From contig CM022670.1 in the NCBI GenBank assembly GCA_012295275.1, positions 25,916,001 to 25,980,000 on the forward strand: a DNA stretch of 64,000 nucleotides. The letters run 5' to 3'. The notes beneath the pieces are model-generated. The model saw only the letters and a program-made list of their open reading frames with translations, was not told where the DNA came from and searched no databases. Shown piece after piece: positions 30,347 through 42,905 of this stretch (its first letter is position 1; every line of letters starts with the position of its first letter). The translations under genes were made by a program, and so were the position numbers. This stretch comes from Chrysomallon squamiferum. Taxonomy: Eukaryota > Animalia > Mollusca.

Positions 30347-32896
30347 ATACAAAGGTGATTCTTGGGCATTTCCCCCCTGGATATTTCCCCCAGTCAATCC
30401 CCCCTATCATTTTCCCCCTGGTCATTTTCCCCTAGGTCATTCCTCCTGTGACAGTTCCCCACTGCCTACCATGCCAAGGTTAATTGATCCCTTGTACGGA
30501 TTAACTGGATATAAAAAGATAATTGTATATAATATAAATTGTTTATTTGAACATTACATATTGCATGCAGTTACATACTCCTTTGGACACATTTTACATC
30601 TGGAGATTGCGAGCAACACCACGGAGGAAGTCCTGGTGATCTCTGTTGCCATTGTCTGTGACCAGAGCCTGAAGCCCCTGGGTGATAAACAAACAAAACC
30701 AAGAATAATTTATCCGTTTTCATTATTCCCAAATTTAAGCAATGTTTGGCCCCTTCAAAATCCTTATTCATGACTCAGACTATAAGCCAGGATAGTTGAC
30801 AGTTAAAACAGGTAGGCAGGGGGAATTGTCATGGGGGAAATATCTGGAGGGAAGATGCCCTGACACCATGTAGATAGATAGATAGATAGATATAAAACTT
30901 GGACAGAAAGATATATAAATATAGATATATACATCACATATATAAACAAACAATTATGTATTTAAACAGGACACACTACACTGGAAAGAGTTTATCTTTA
31001 AGAAATATGAAGAATACATCCAAGTAAAGAACATCAATTTTCAAATGATTCTTTTTGGAATGTCTGTTGAGAGGAGGGACAATACAGGTCAAATTGTCAG
31101 CAGTGGTATCCAATGGCAACCATGTGTGTACGATGCCACCAGAGGTAAGAGTTTGCAGTGAGATCATTTTCACTTATCATTTTGGGTAGAAGTGAGCTAG
31201 AAAAAGACAAAGAAAATTATTGTAGAATCTTTTTTATTATTTACAATTTTTCATTATTTATAAAAGGTAAACATGTTTTCAAGTTAACATATCCCAAATT
31301 GTAGTATATTTTATTTTATTTTTATTTTATTTTTATATTTGGTCATTTAATTTATTTATTTAATCATTCATTCATTCATTCATTCATTCATTCATTCAAA
31401 CTGCAGATCCACTGCCTCCAAAGAAAGTCCACTTTGTTGACCAATGGTCAGCCAACAGTCTTATTTTGGCCTGGACAAAGCCTTTCTGTGCTGAAACATC
31501 CGCCATCCTGTACTTCATCCTCACCTACTGCAAGGCTGATGGCGTTGATGCTGATGTGCAGTGCTCTGAACCAGCCAGGGTGAGAAATATCTCCAGTGAT
31601 GTCACCATCTACAGCATTGGCAACTTGGAAGATGGTTTTGTTTATAAAGCACACCTGCAGTCAGCATCCAAACACAGTGTCAGTGTGCAAAGTAACTCTG
31701 TCTCAAAAAGGGTGACAAGTAAGTATTCACCGTGTCACTAATGTTTAGAAAATGTATAAGCGAAACAATAGTGACAAATAAGTATTCATTGTGTCACTAA
31801 TGTTTAGAAAGTTTAACTGAAATAATAGTGACAAGTAAGTTTACACTCTACCCAATGTTTAGAAAATGTATAACTGAAAAAATAGAGACAAATATGTACT
31901 GTGTCACCAATGTTTAGAATGTGTCACTGATGTTTAGAATATGTCACTAATATTTATAAAGTGTAGTACTGAAATAATAGTGACAAATATTTATAGTGTC
32001 ACTAATGTTTGTAAAATGTATAACAGAAATAAGAGTGACAAGTAAGAATACACAGTGTCACTAATGTTATAATATGTATAAAATATATAGCTGAAATAAG
32101 AGTGACCAGTATTTATAGTGTCACTAATGTTTAAAAAATTGTTAAACCAAAATAATAGTCACAAATAAGTATACACAGTGTCACTAATGTTATAAAATGT
32201 ATAACTGAAATAAGAGTGACAAGTAAGTATATACAGTGTCACTAATGCTATAAAATGTATAGCAGAAATAATAGGACATATAAATATACAGAATGTTACT
32301 AATTTATAAAATGTATAACTGAAATGATAGTGACAAGTATGTATAAACAGTGTCACTAATGTCAATAATGTTATAAAATGCATTAATGAAATAATAGTGA
32401 CCAGTAAATAAGTACATAGCATTAATAATGTTTGTAATATGTTTTAGAATAACATATGTGAAGAAAAAGAAAAGCTTTGTTTATAATATATAACTTATTT
32501 CCTGAGGTAAATTACATACATATATATATATGTTGTAGTGGCATTATATGTAATATTATGCATAAAATGAGCTAGTTAAACATTTACTAGTTAAAAAGAT
32601 TATTTTGGAAATAAACAAAAAAGGTAGTGATATAAATATGCTTTAATTTTATTTATTTATTTATTGACTTATTTTTCTATAAGTATTATCATTTCTTTCA
32701 AAACTGTTCTTTAACTTCATCATTATCATTATGATAGGTATTAATAATATTGAAGTCATTATCATTTTTATTACTGTCTGATTGTTATCACTACTGCTAT
32801 CATTGTTGTTGTTGTTATTATTAAAAAGGCCCACTCTGTTCTTTGTTGCATGCAGTGTAAACCTATTTCTGTTATGATGACGACCATCATCACCAC

Positions 32897-32933
<37 letters not shown>

Positions 32934-35900
32934 GTTATATCATTATTATTATCATCATCTTCTTCATTATTAAATTATTGTTGTTGTTGTTGTTGTTGTT
33001 GAGAAGGGCAATTTACAGTCACCATACTGTTTGTAGCAGTCAGCAAAATTGTATTTCTGTCAATAATTGTTTTCAGATTCCAGTAATTCCAAAGTAAAAA
33101 TTTATATATACTTCATTCTACTTCTGATCATTCCATTGTTACTGATTATCATTTATCTGTGGTGAGTTTTTTGTTTTTTCTAAATCTGCCTCCAAACAGG
33201 TTTATTTCCCAGAAAGTACTGTCTGAAAATTAAAAATAACATGTTACATAGTAAAAATTTAAAACAGTAACAGTAATAACAAAATAAAGAATTCATAACA
33301 CCAATCTGTAGCAAAATAAACAAAAATTAATAATATAAATTTATTGAAAAAATAAAAGAGTCATAAGTATATACATATGTAATAATAACAATGAAAGTAA
33401 TAAACTGCAATAAAAAATAATAAAGTACATGTATTATAAAACAAAAATAAAAAGTAAAAAAAATCAAATGAAAGGAGGCAGATATTTTAGATGTGGATTT
33501 TCTTTAATGATTAAATTTTCTGCGTACTAATGCTAACATCATGGGTTGAATAAATGCCTTTACTTTAATATCTTATTCTCCTACTGGGCTGTACAGTATT
33601 ACTTGCATAATTACACAGATGTCATGTTTTTACTGTTTTCTTCCATACGGTACAAACCCTGCACATCATTTATGGTCTAAATATTTTGGTTAACATGTCA
33701 CATCACAAATTTTGTCTACAGTTTTTTATTGTTTCATTTACTGATAATAACTTCAGACCTAAACATTTTGGATAACATGTCACATCACAAATTTTTCTAC
33801 AGTTTTTTATTGTTTCATTTACTAATAATAACTTCAGACCATTTACTGTCTAACTATTTCAGTTAACATATTACAGAACACATGTTGTCTGTATATTTTT
33901 ACTGATAAATCCTGCAGGTCTAAAGATTTTTGTTAACATCTTACAACATAGATTCGTATGTATGTTTTTAACAAGTAGTTTATATAGTAATAATTCATGC
34001 AGACTATGTTTTTAAAGATTTGAGTTATCATGCTACAACATTTATTTTGTATATATAATGTTTTACTGACTGTTTTACTTAATAATAAACTTTTTATATT
34101 CTCTTTCTAAATATTTTTTTTAACATATTACATTTATTTTGTATATATATATATATATATACATTTTTGCCGAGTGTTTCACTTACTGATAATAACTTCA
34201 GTCTGCTTGTATTCTATTTCTAAATATTTTTTAACATTATACAACATTTATTTGTCAATGGATTTTTATTTCAGTGTTTCTTACTGACAACCTCTGCAGA
34301 TTTTATAAATATTTCGGTTGAAGTGTACCCATGGTGATATAAATAAACAGTCAAATAAAATTCTTTATACTTCCATGTTATTATTTTATGATACTGGCTG
34401 ACCAACCTTGCCTCAAAACAAAAGTGTGACAGTAAAATAACAGTCACAAAGTGTCTGAAGTGTACTGCTTCATCACTGGGAGTCATTAGGTCATCCAGCT
34501 GTATTTCTTTTCCAAACACTAGATGAAACTTTAGAGCTGTTGGTCTGCTTATATGTAATGATTTCATGTTTGCAGAATTTTGTTTTTGTTACACTGATGT
34601 TTTAGACCTTTAATATGACACTGTTTTTAGTTTTTGTTAATGCTGGAGGGCAAAGAAAAAAAAGTAAAAGTAAATAAAAGACAAAAACCAACAAGAAAAA
34701 AACAAGAAGAAAAACCAAGCAAAACAACTTGGAAGTATGCAGAATGTATTTTGACTGTTTCTTCATATCCCAATTAGTACAGTTTATAGGATATTAAACT
34801 CTCTCTGTCACACATTAATACTGATTACTTTGAATTATTAGATTACTGTCAAGTAAAATTAAACATCTTAATTTATCTAAATAATTTTAAAGTCTCATTA
34901 ATGATTTAAAATATTGTCATTTATTACTGTTTTATCCATTTATAAACTTTATTTTACTTTTGTTTTAAATTTTAACTTGACTTATTTCTAAATATATACT
35001 GTTTTATTTATTCTATTATTTCTGTGTTTCTGTTTATACATTATTACTTTTTCATGTTCTATTTCACAGATTGATTGGTTTATTTACTTTAATTTTGTTT
35101 TCCAGCAAAAGATATAAATTATGTGAGAAATTTCAAATAAAATATCCTGATCGAAAACAGGTAAACATAATATATTAAAATGTATCTACCTACAATTTAC
35201 TAGTTAAATCAAGTCATGTAATTACTAAACACCTGGACTGCGTGGTTTGTGAATATGAAAATGAATTGTGTTAAATACATGCCATCATTTAGCTTCTTCA
35301 GTTGTGTTAATCAATAAACAGTAATTCCTTTCCTGCATACAAACATATTACAGTTAAAGTAATAAGATACAGTTAAATAAGAAAGAAAATAAATACTGTT
35401 ATTAAATTATGAAGTCTCCAATTGGTCAGTAAATGTTCGTATGCTTTTAACTTCGCTAAGCACGTTTTGAAATTAAATACACTGTGCTGAATTAACATTA
35501 CTGAGTCATTATTTAAATTGAAATAACAGCAAAGCCTTAAATTTTAATTTAATCCAGTATGGAGATCTGCTCTTTAATGCTCATAATAATAGCAGAACAA
35601 ATTAAAAATGTTATTTTCTTCTTTTTTCTTCTTTTTTTTCTTTTTATCACTGTGTATTAATACTCCAGCCATGTTGAACTAATTAATATATTCTGTTTAA
35701 TTCCACAGCACAACAGAAAGACGGTCACTCTAAATCAGGAACATGTGAAACTTTACGAAAGCAACAGAGATACTGAAACAACAGATACAACCTGCAAGGA
35801 TGAAGAAGTGGGGCTGCTGGAAGGTGCAGCTGAAAAACCAGAGAAGGAATGCACCATGTCTGTAGCACAAGCTGAACCTGGCACAAGACAGAACAGTCAA

Positions 35901-36161
35901 GTCTGGAAATCTGACCAGAATCCAAGTGAAGTTTTGAATGGAAAAGAAGCGGTAACTGGTTCTGACATTAGGGAAAAACAAGCAGTTGAAGGTGAAGACA
36001 GGTGTAATTGTGATATGAAAGACATTGAAATAGGTGACACAGCTAACAATGGCGATGCTGACATGTCACTAAAGATGATAAAATGCGAGAACTTGAACAA
36101 TCGCACTAAATATTCTATAAACAGTTTGTCTGTGTGTGACTACGTTACAGTTGGCATGTAA
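24004..36161 (+). CDS. Receptor A: gp130/Domeless-like class I cytokine receptor (SP-Ig-CBM-3xFN3-TM-tail), multi-exon
   Basis: GT-AG exons join in frame: (24004-24028), 24423/24434-24524, 24882-25154, 25451-25589, 26151-26323, 26624-26763, 27429-27582, 28224-28300, 28847-29066, 29576-29730, 30970-31144, 31407-31718, 33077-33161, 35106-35160, 35709-36161. From ATG 24434 the sum is 2502 nt (833 aa). Motifs: C-x9-C-x-W (CRYAGEETLFCNW), second Cys pair, WSxWS-like GWWSDP, Dome-like SSGIQWQPC, TM, terminal DYVTVGM. Confidence 0.88.
24434..24524 (+). CDS. Receptor A signal-peptide exon
   Basis: MIEVQSFIWLIIFSVSLQLTQAG, hydrophobic core; donor G|GTAAGA, phase 1. Confidence 0.8.
24882..25154 (+). 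CDS. Receptor A Ig-like domain exon
   Basis: VSPADPFIYIGENLTLLC...QDEGEYWC; Ig Cys pair and DxGxYxC motif; phase 1-1. Confidence 0.88.
25451..25589 (+). CDS. Receptor A CBM exon with C-x9-C-x-W
   Basis: YPLEPIRSVECRYAGEETLFCNW; phase 1-2. Confidence 0.85.
25595..25950. repeat. Degenerate ~35-bp intronic minisatellite
   Basis: Recurring AAATACACAATTCACACTTGGATACTTTATCT. Confidence 0.65.
26151..26323 (+). CDS. Receptor A CBM exon with second Cys pair
   Basis: WMACKTSSVNSCFW...; phase 2-1. Confidence 0.85.
26624..26763 (+). CDS. Receptor A CBM FN3-2, first half
   Basis: IQPYSV...CLTLNWSV...YKVQI; phase 1-0. Confidence 0.85.
27429..27582 (+). CDS. Receptor A CBM FN3-2, second half (WSxWS-like)
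   Basis: CELIPYTKYEIRVR...IGWWSDP; 154 nt; phase 0-1. Confidence 0.85.
28224..28300 (+). CDS. Receptor A FN3 exon
   Basis: APVKTPHSCHGCF...VKVYFQ; phase 1-0. Confidence 0.8.
28847..29066 (+). CDS. Receptor A FN3 exon
   Basis: WYGPELRYVV...LNTVGVS...IPGKDR; phase 0-1. Confidence 0.85.
29576..29730 (+). CDS. Receptor A FN3 exon
   Basis: YHLTWK...SYTVFWC...QC; phase 1-0. Confidence 0.85.
29740..30123. repeat. (ACT/GCT)n trinucleotide tract
   Basis: Seen directly. Confidence 0.9.
30354..30867. mobile_element. Degenerate MITE with C-rich/G-rich subterminal repeats in a receptor A intron
   Basis: GGTG..GGGCATTTCCCCCCTGGATATTTCCCCC at left is mirrored by GGGGGAAATATCTGGAGGGAAGATGCCC..CACC at right; TSD not clear. 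Confidence 0.65.
30970..31144 (+). CDS. Receptor A FN3 exon
   Basis: LHWK...FGMSVE...SSGIQWQPC; phase 0-1. Confidence 0.85.
31407..31718 (+). CDS. Receptor A membrane-proximal FN3 exon
   Basis: SLILAWTKP...YSIGNLEDGFVY; phase 1-1. Confidence 0.85.
31712..32430. repeat. Minisatellite, ~55-60-bp unit, starting at the receptor A donor at 31718
   Basis: Repeated GTGACAAGTAAGTA..GTGTCACTAATGTT..AAATGTATAACTGAAATAATA. Confidence 0.85.
33077..33161 (+). CDS. Receptor A transmembrane exon
   Basis: IYIYFILLLIIPLLLIIIYL; TTTCAG acceptor, TG|GTGAGT donor (phase 2). Confidence 0.85.
33660..34310. repeat. Degenerate ~90-120-bp intronic tandem repeat
   Basis: Recurring TAACATGTCACATCACAAATTT and TTACTGATAATAACTTCAG. 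Confidence 0.6.
35106..35160 (+). CDS. Receptor A juxtamembrane Box1-like exon
   Basis: KRYKLCEKFQIKYPDRKQ; phase 2-0. Confidence 0.75.
35709..36161 (+). CDS. Receptor A terminal cytoplasmic exon
   Basis: Acidic tail ending CDYVTVGM*; AATAAA follows closely. Confidence 0.82.
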   Translation, partial: HNRKTVTLNQEHVKLYESNRDTETTDTTCKDEEVGLLEGAAEKPEKECTMSVAQAEPGTRQNSQVWKSDQNPSEVLNGKEAVTGSDIREKQAVEGEDRCNCDMKDIEIGDTANNGDADMSLKMIKCENLNNRTKYSINSLSVCDYVTVGM

Positions 36162-37049
36162 CAAATAAAAATTACAATTTGTCTGTGACATCATTTTTCT
36201 GACATCAGCATCTAAGACATTTGGTTTATCTAACACTGTTGTACCAACTATGAAAGAAATAAGCTTCTGTTTTTCTACTTTAAAAATATGCATCTACCAT
36301 GACGTTTCAACATTACCAGATTAGTGAGATGGTGGATTATACAGACTAACATTGTGAACAACAGAAACAACAGAAAAAATCCCAGAAGATTCATTTTTAT
36401 TTTGAAACATATTGCACCATATCCATAAAACAGAAATCAAAAATAAATGCTTCAAAATTAAATTGAAATATCAATATTGATATGAAATGCTAAAGTAAAC
36501 AAGATCTGCATTATCATAAATACATTTTTAAAACAAAAACAAAAATTGGGATACATTTTGTTATATAAAATTATACATCAAAATAAACAAGGTAAATACA
36601 AATTTATACTATTAAATATACATTAAACATTTAGGATTTCTGAACAGAAGTATTCTACAACATTTCCCCAGCAGCACAGATATGATAGAAACTGAATTCG
36701 TATATTGGTATTATTTTTACATCAATTGTAATCAATGAGTCTAATTGTATTCTGTTTAATCAATATTCAAGTTGCAAAAAACTCTATCTCTCTCTGAAAA
36801 AAAAAATTAAAAAATCTTATATAAAATAACCAGTAAAATGCTAAATATAAAATAATAAAATAAAATAAATATAAAAAAATAAAATAAATAACTAAACAGA
36901 TGTCTTGTACATGCATGTACAATATACACACAAAAAATAAATGTTAAAGGAATGCTATCAGTATTTTACGGAGTTCTGAATCAGTTAATATATATTTCAT
37001 CAAAGCAAATAGAATATAGGTTGTCCTGATTTTCAGTAATTTCAGGCAT

Positions 37050-37187
37050 TTTATTATTAATATTACTGTTAAATTGTATATATATCTGTGTGTGTGTGTG
37101 TGTGTGTGTCTAAATGAATAAAACAATTAATTCCAGCTTATCTTGCAATTTTATTACTATTAATATTACTGTTAAATTGTATATATA

Positions 37188-37226
<39 letters not shown>

Positions 37227-37502
37227 CTAAATGAATAAAACAATTAATTCCAGCTTATCTTGCAATTTTATTACTATTAATATTACTGTTAAATTGTATA
37301 TATATATGTGTGTGTATGTGTGGTTTTTTAATTCCAGGCATTATTATTACTGTTAAATTGTAAATAAAAGCAATTTAATATATATGTATGTGTGTGTGTG
37401 TGTTGGTATGTGTCTAAATTAATAAAACAATTAATTCCAACTTATCTTGCAATTTTATTACTATTAATATTACTGTTAAATTGTAAATAAAAGCAATTTT
37501 AT

Positions 37503-37535
<33 letters not shown>

Positions 37536-37577
37536 TAAATTAATAAAACAATTAATTTCAACTTATCTTGCAATTTT
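37050..37577. repeat. Tandem ~115-125-bp repeat containing (GT)n
   Basis: TATTACTGTTAAATTGTA..(GT)n..TCTAAAT.AATAAAACAATTAATTCCA.CTTATCTTGCAATTTT, about 4-5 copies. Confidence 0.85.
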
Positions 37578-37941
37578 GTAATTTTGCTCTTTTGTTTTCA
37601 TAATAATAGATTTCAAATAATAGAAGAATTTAGAAGGTATGAAGAACAAACAACATGTCAGATGAAAACAGAATTAGTGTTTCATAAGTTCAAACTTCAA
37701 CAGTTGAAATACTGTAAATGAACACTTAGCAAACGTAGCTGAGTTCACAAAAACCAGCTTTTTCACTTCATTTCTTTTTTTAAGTACTTGTTAACAACAA
37801 CTAAAAAGTACAATAAAACAAAACAACAAAGAAACAAGAATTGAAACATCAAGAAAAAAAAAAAAAAATCCAAAACAAATTAATTATAATAGAATAGCCG
37901 ATTTAATTAAAAACGTAAAAAAAATAATAAAATATATATAT

Positions 37942-40803
37942 GGGTCATTCCGTGTCAAATCACCCCAAAAAAAAAAAAAAATTTAAACCCGACCGTCTCA
38001 GATTTTTATAAAACTTGGTATACTTGTTGACTGGGATCCCACAGCACCAAATCTGAAATGTTAGCCCAATCAGACCAGTGGTGTGGGAGATATGGCCCAC
38101 CGAATTTTGAGATTTTTGCCAAAAATGGGTGTGACCACCAACCTTAGAACCCTCATATCTCAGCAACTACTGGACCAATCCTCATAAAATTGGTATTGTT
38201 AGAAAGGCAAAATGACAAGGATTCCAAACCTGCCATTTTTGTTTAGTTTGGAAAATATTGGAGTATGTTGACCTTTTGACCTTTGCTATGACCTTGATAT
38301 TGACCGTGTGGATCACGTGATCTTGAGATGACCTTTAAAGAAATTTAATCTCCCACATGTTAACTAAAACATATAAAAGTTTCCTGGGTGTAAAATTTTT
38401 TGTTTAGCCACAATATAGATTTAAAAAATGCACATACATGAAAATAACACCTTTTCAGCCATTAACATCTGATTAACTAAAACCTGAATGATCAATTCTG
38501 GATGCTAGGAATCACCATCTTTCTTGATCATCGAGTAAGACATTGTAGGCCTACATGTATACATAAAGTTCACATAAATTTGAGAGAACTAGGTGTTTCT
38601 GATGCTTAACCTTCTCACCATGTTTGTTTCAAATGCTCACTGTATCCTTCATTCCCAGGAACATTCTACTGTTCTCATCACTTTCATAAAATTGGATTAT
38701 TTCCTCCTTCAATTCATTGTCCATTCAATGGTAACGGGTGACAAAATTAAGATTTGCACACGCTCTGGGAAGGATTCAGACATTAAGATGTCATTTTAAT
38801 GTTACTGTAGCTGATGCTAGTTTTTTTTCTGTCCTTTCATTCATTTACTGGAACGTGCTAGTGAATGGAGTTTGACAGGAGTTTCGCCTAAACTCGACAG
38901 AATAGAATTCAAATCAAAGTCCTTTTCTGGGGAAACAACAACCAGCGGTTTGTCTGGCAAGTTATCACCAAATTCTCCCATTGTAATACCACCTATACTA
39001 AAGCCATCCTCTGCAGGACATTTGATTTCTGAAGGGTAATCAGACAGTCACAGCACAACTTGTCTCCTGGCACTTGTGTCTTTGGAGGATTTACTAAGCA
39101 TTTGTAAGTGCCCATGCTAACAATTCTTAAAGATTTAGTGCGTGCTTGCTCAGGGTGGCAATTAAGGGGATCACAACAGTTTTTCTGCAATGTTGAAAAT
39201 TTGATTAAAAGTTCTTGTTCATGATGTGAACAGATACTCTTGATGTCCCTTGTTTTGATCCCACTTCAAAGAGTGAGGAGTTCGACTTCCTCAGTTTTCC
39301 ATACACTTCGCAACAACTCCTTTTTTATATAATGGTGTTGATAACACACATTTTCAGGAGAGTTAAAACTGCAGTTAGCCCTGGAAGAAATAAGGATTTT
39401 CAGTATTGGCCTGCACCTTCAATTCAATAGAACAAAGTCAATGCTTTCCTAAATATTAAATCAAATCCTGAAACCCTTTCAGTAAAGTTAAGCAGGTCAT
39501 AAAATGGCAGCAGAGTACATGTGTTATTGCCAAAGGCTCACAAGTCTTAGGCATTTATGTCAATCTTCTCAAGTATAAATCACAGTTTATTAAGGTGAAG
39601 GTAGACCTTGTTCATACTCTGTGCCGAAGACTGGGTGTACAAATACATTAGGCAGTACCTCACTTGATGACGTTTGATATCAGACTGGGTTGAACTGTTG
39701 TTGACTGAAACCTTGTTCAAAGCCAGTGGCAAGGCCACATGACATGATAAAATGACTTAATAGGTTTTATGAAGAAAACAATGCTTACTTATCAACATCT
39801 GACATTGTGTCCAACTTAAAAAGCTTCAGATTGTCAAAGAAATGCAGATGAAGAAACTTCTTTGTCTTAAACTTCTAATTGCCATGTGCTCAATGGGGAT
39901 TGCACCAGGGGATCTAAAGGAGTTCCTGACCTGCCTGAAGCATCACTTCCTGTTAACCCTTTGAGCCTGATTGTGTAGAACATGTCATGCCATTGGCATC
40001 TTTTCATATCCTTCAGGCATTCCTTCAGACATGTCAGGCGGGTTTTAACTCCAAAGATGAGTTTTTAGTCTCAGAGAAAATGTACATTCTAATGCATTGT
40101 ATCAATCATTCATGCAGGTATGCCTTTTTTAAATCTCTGTTATGGCTAAGCAAAAAATATTATACCCAGGAAACTTTTATATTGAACTTTATGCATACAT
40201 GTAGGCCTACAATGTCTTACTCAATGATCAAGAGAGATGGTGATTCCTAGCATCCAGAATTGATCATTCAGGTTTTAGTTAATCAGATGTTAATGGCTGA
40301 AAAGGTGTTATTTTCATGTATGTGCATTTTTTAAATCTATATTGTGGCTAAACAAAAAATATTACACCCAGGAAACTTTTATATGTTTTAGTTAACATGT
40401 GGGAGATAAAATTTCATTAAAGGTCATCTCAAGATCACGTGATCCACACAGTCAATTTCAAGGTCATAGCAAAGGTCAAAAGGTCAAGGTACTCCAGTAT
40501 TTTCCAAACTAAACAAAAAATGGCAGATTTGGAATCCTTGTCATTTTGCCTTTCTAACAATACCAATTTTATGAAGATTGGCCCAGTAGTTGCTGAGATA
40601 TGAGGGTTCTAAGGTTGGTGGTCACACCCATTTTTGGCAAAAATCTCAAAATTCGGTGGGCCGTATCTCCCACACCACTGGTCTGATTGGGCTAAAATTT
40701 CAGATTTGGTGCTGTGGGATCCCAGTCAACAAGTTTACCAAGTTTCATAAAAATCTGAGACGGTCGGGTTTAAACCATTGGGTGAAATGACACGGAATGA
40801 CCC
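37942..40803. mobile_element. Internally deleted Sola2-like DNA transposon with long TIRs
   Basis: Termini GGGTCATTCCGTGTCA...TGACACGGAATGACCC; TIRs ~37942-38572 and ~40183-40803, nearly identical; ATAT on both flanks (possible 4-bp TSD within (AT)n); transposase relic inside. Confidence 0.88.
38563..39380 (-). pseudogene. Decayed, truncated Sola2-type transposase (N-terminal part)
   Basis: Across stops and frameshifts: ICSHH..QKNCCDPLNCH..PGDKLCCDC; LNSILSSLGETPVKLH; FYESDENSRMFLGMKDTVS..QKHLVLSNLCELY. No catalytic domain seen. Confidence 0.8.
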
Positions 40804-42866
40804 ATATATATATATATATATAAAAAAAACTAATTAGCTGGAATGTTAAATATTTATATATATATCTTTGGGTTTTTTTTCTTAATTGTTGTAGTCTGTA
40901 AACCTGAATCACAAAATACATAAATTTTAGATCATGATTACATACACACACACACATAAATACATACATACTCTCACATAAATACACACTCGCATACACA
41001 CAAATGCACAAACACAGTATACTGCACTACTCTCAATACTTCACTAATGTGTGTTTCATAATCTAATCTAATAAAACTTTCGAAACGTTCTTGAATTAGA
41101 TACAAGCAAATCATTACAAACCATAAGTTAATAATGCCACATACAGGATTTGTCAAATATACGTTGAGCACTAAGTCAGAGAATGCATGCAGTTGAGAAA
41201 TACTGACCATGATTTTGCTAAAGAATAATACTTCCTTTTTTTTAGTATATTTGTTGTTATACCATATTCTTTAAAAAGATAAAAGATCAGGATGGTTTGA
41301 GAAAAAAAATAAAATTCTATTTTACATATTACTGTAATGTATCTTAACTATTTACTTACGTACAACTATCAAAAATACATTTATTTATTTATTTATTTAT
41401 GGGATGGAGGAATTTTCATTGAATATAAGCAGTTAAAACAAATATTATAAAACTTTAACAATTACTTTTTCTAAATTTGTCTTGCAGAACTCTTTGGCTC
41501 ATTATTTGGGTACAGTGACTTTATGTGTATAATTATTCACATCCTGCAATCTGTACACAACATCTGGAAATGAGACTGGATCTGGAAATGTCGAAAAATG
41601 ATGAAAATCACACTACAAAATGGAATGACAAATAAGGGCACTATAAACTAAATTCAGAAGCTTAAAGCTAAATACAAAAAATTATATATATATATATATA
41701 TACTGAATGAGATGTAAAATTTTATATATATATATGTACTGAATGGTATGTAAATTTTGAACACAATAAAAAGTAAAAACCTATAAGGACTAGAAAATGG
41801 TAAACAATGGTCATATAACTCCAGGGTGCATGGGAATCAACTGCTCTCCGAAAACCAGCATGGAAAATTTGAAAAAGCAAATTCTTGATATTTTATCTAG
41901 GAGAAATTCTGAGCAAATCAGTCACTCCCCCCTCCTCAATCAAACAGTCCCCATGCATCCATGTGATAAGCAAAGTGAATCACCTTGCTGAATGGAACAT
42001 AAAATACTGTTACGAGAAATATATATATATTTTTTTAAATACATTTGTATGCTTGTTACCAAGACTGGTGCTTTAATTTGCTAATAAGTGTAAAATTTCT
42101 AAGTATATAAGTACTGTTCTAGGTTTCTAAAAAATATAAAACAACGAGCTTTGTCTGTTGTAAATTGACTAGAAAACTGGAAAAGTTGCGTTTTTTCAGT
42201 GTAAGAATCACATTAATGTAATACACAGAAGAAACACAACTTCTGATGTCAAAATCTGAACACACACACATAACTGTACCTAACAACAAGATGTGTGTTT
42301 TTTATTTAAAGGCATACATACAATAATTTTTATTTAAATATTTTGTTCAAACGTCCACTTAACTAAAGAAAATTGTTATTTTTAGACACTGTTTTTCTAT
42401 TACAGTAGTATTGCGGATGAAAATAATGCTTAGTTAATAACAACACTGTGTAATAACAGTAACAATAATAATAATAATTTGCAAATGAACAGATTAAAAT
42501 GATAGGAACATGAGATGTAACAAAAGAACAACAACAGTAATAAAAACTGTAGGTCTATCTAAACTGATAACATGTTGTTTTTGTAGATTACACTTCACCT
42601 ACAGAAATTTAATAAAACTAAACAAAATAACAAAATGTGTTATTGCACATTTTCATTACCGGGATGTATCATCTGTTTTGTTTTACTGTGACAACTTTAA
42701 TCTGTTGATCTGCGTTAATCATTTAATGTCATAATTTGAGATGCACATGTTGTCAAAAAAGTCTATGAAATTACCGTTGATAACTGAAATAATTCAAACA
42801 ATAATGCATGCTTGACTAAATATCATAAATTTAAAATTTTCATGATTATAATCTCCTGCTGCCATC

Positions 42867-42905
<39 letters not shown>

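Noticed and set aside
37960-40790. Two near-identical ORFs (MLRYEGSK...) on opposite strands
   Set aside because: They are the two transposon TIRs, not genes.
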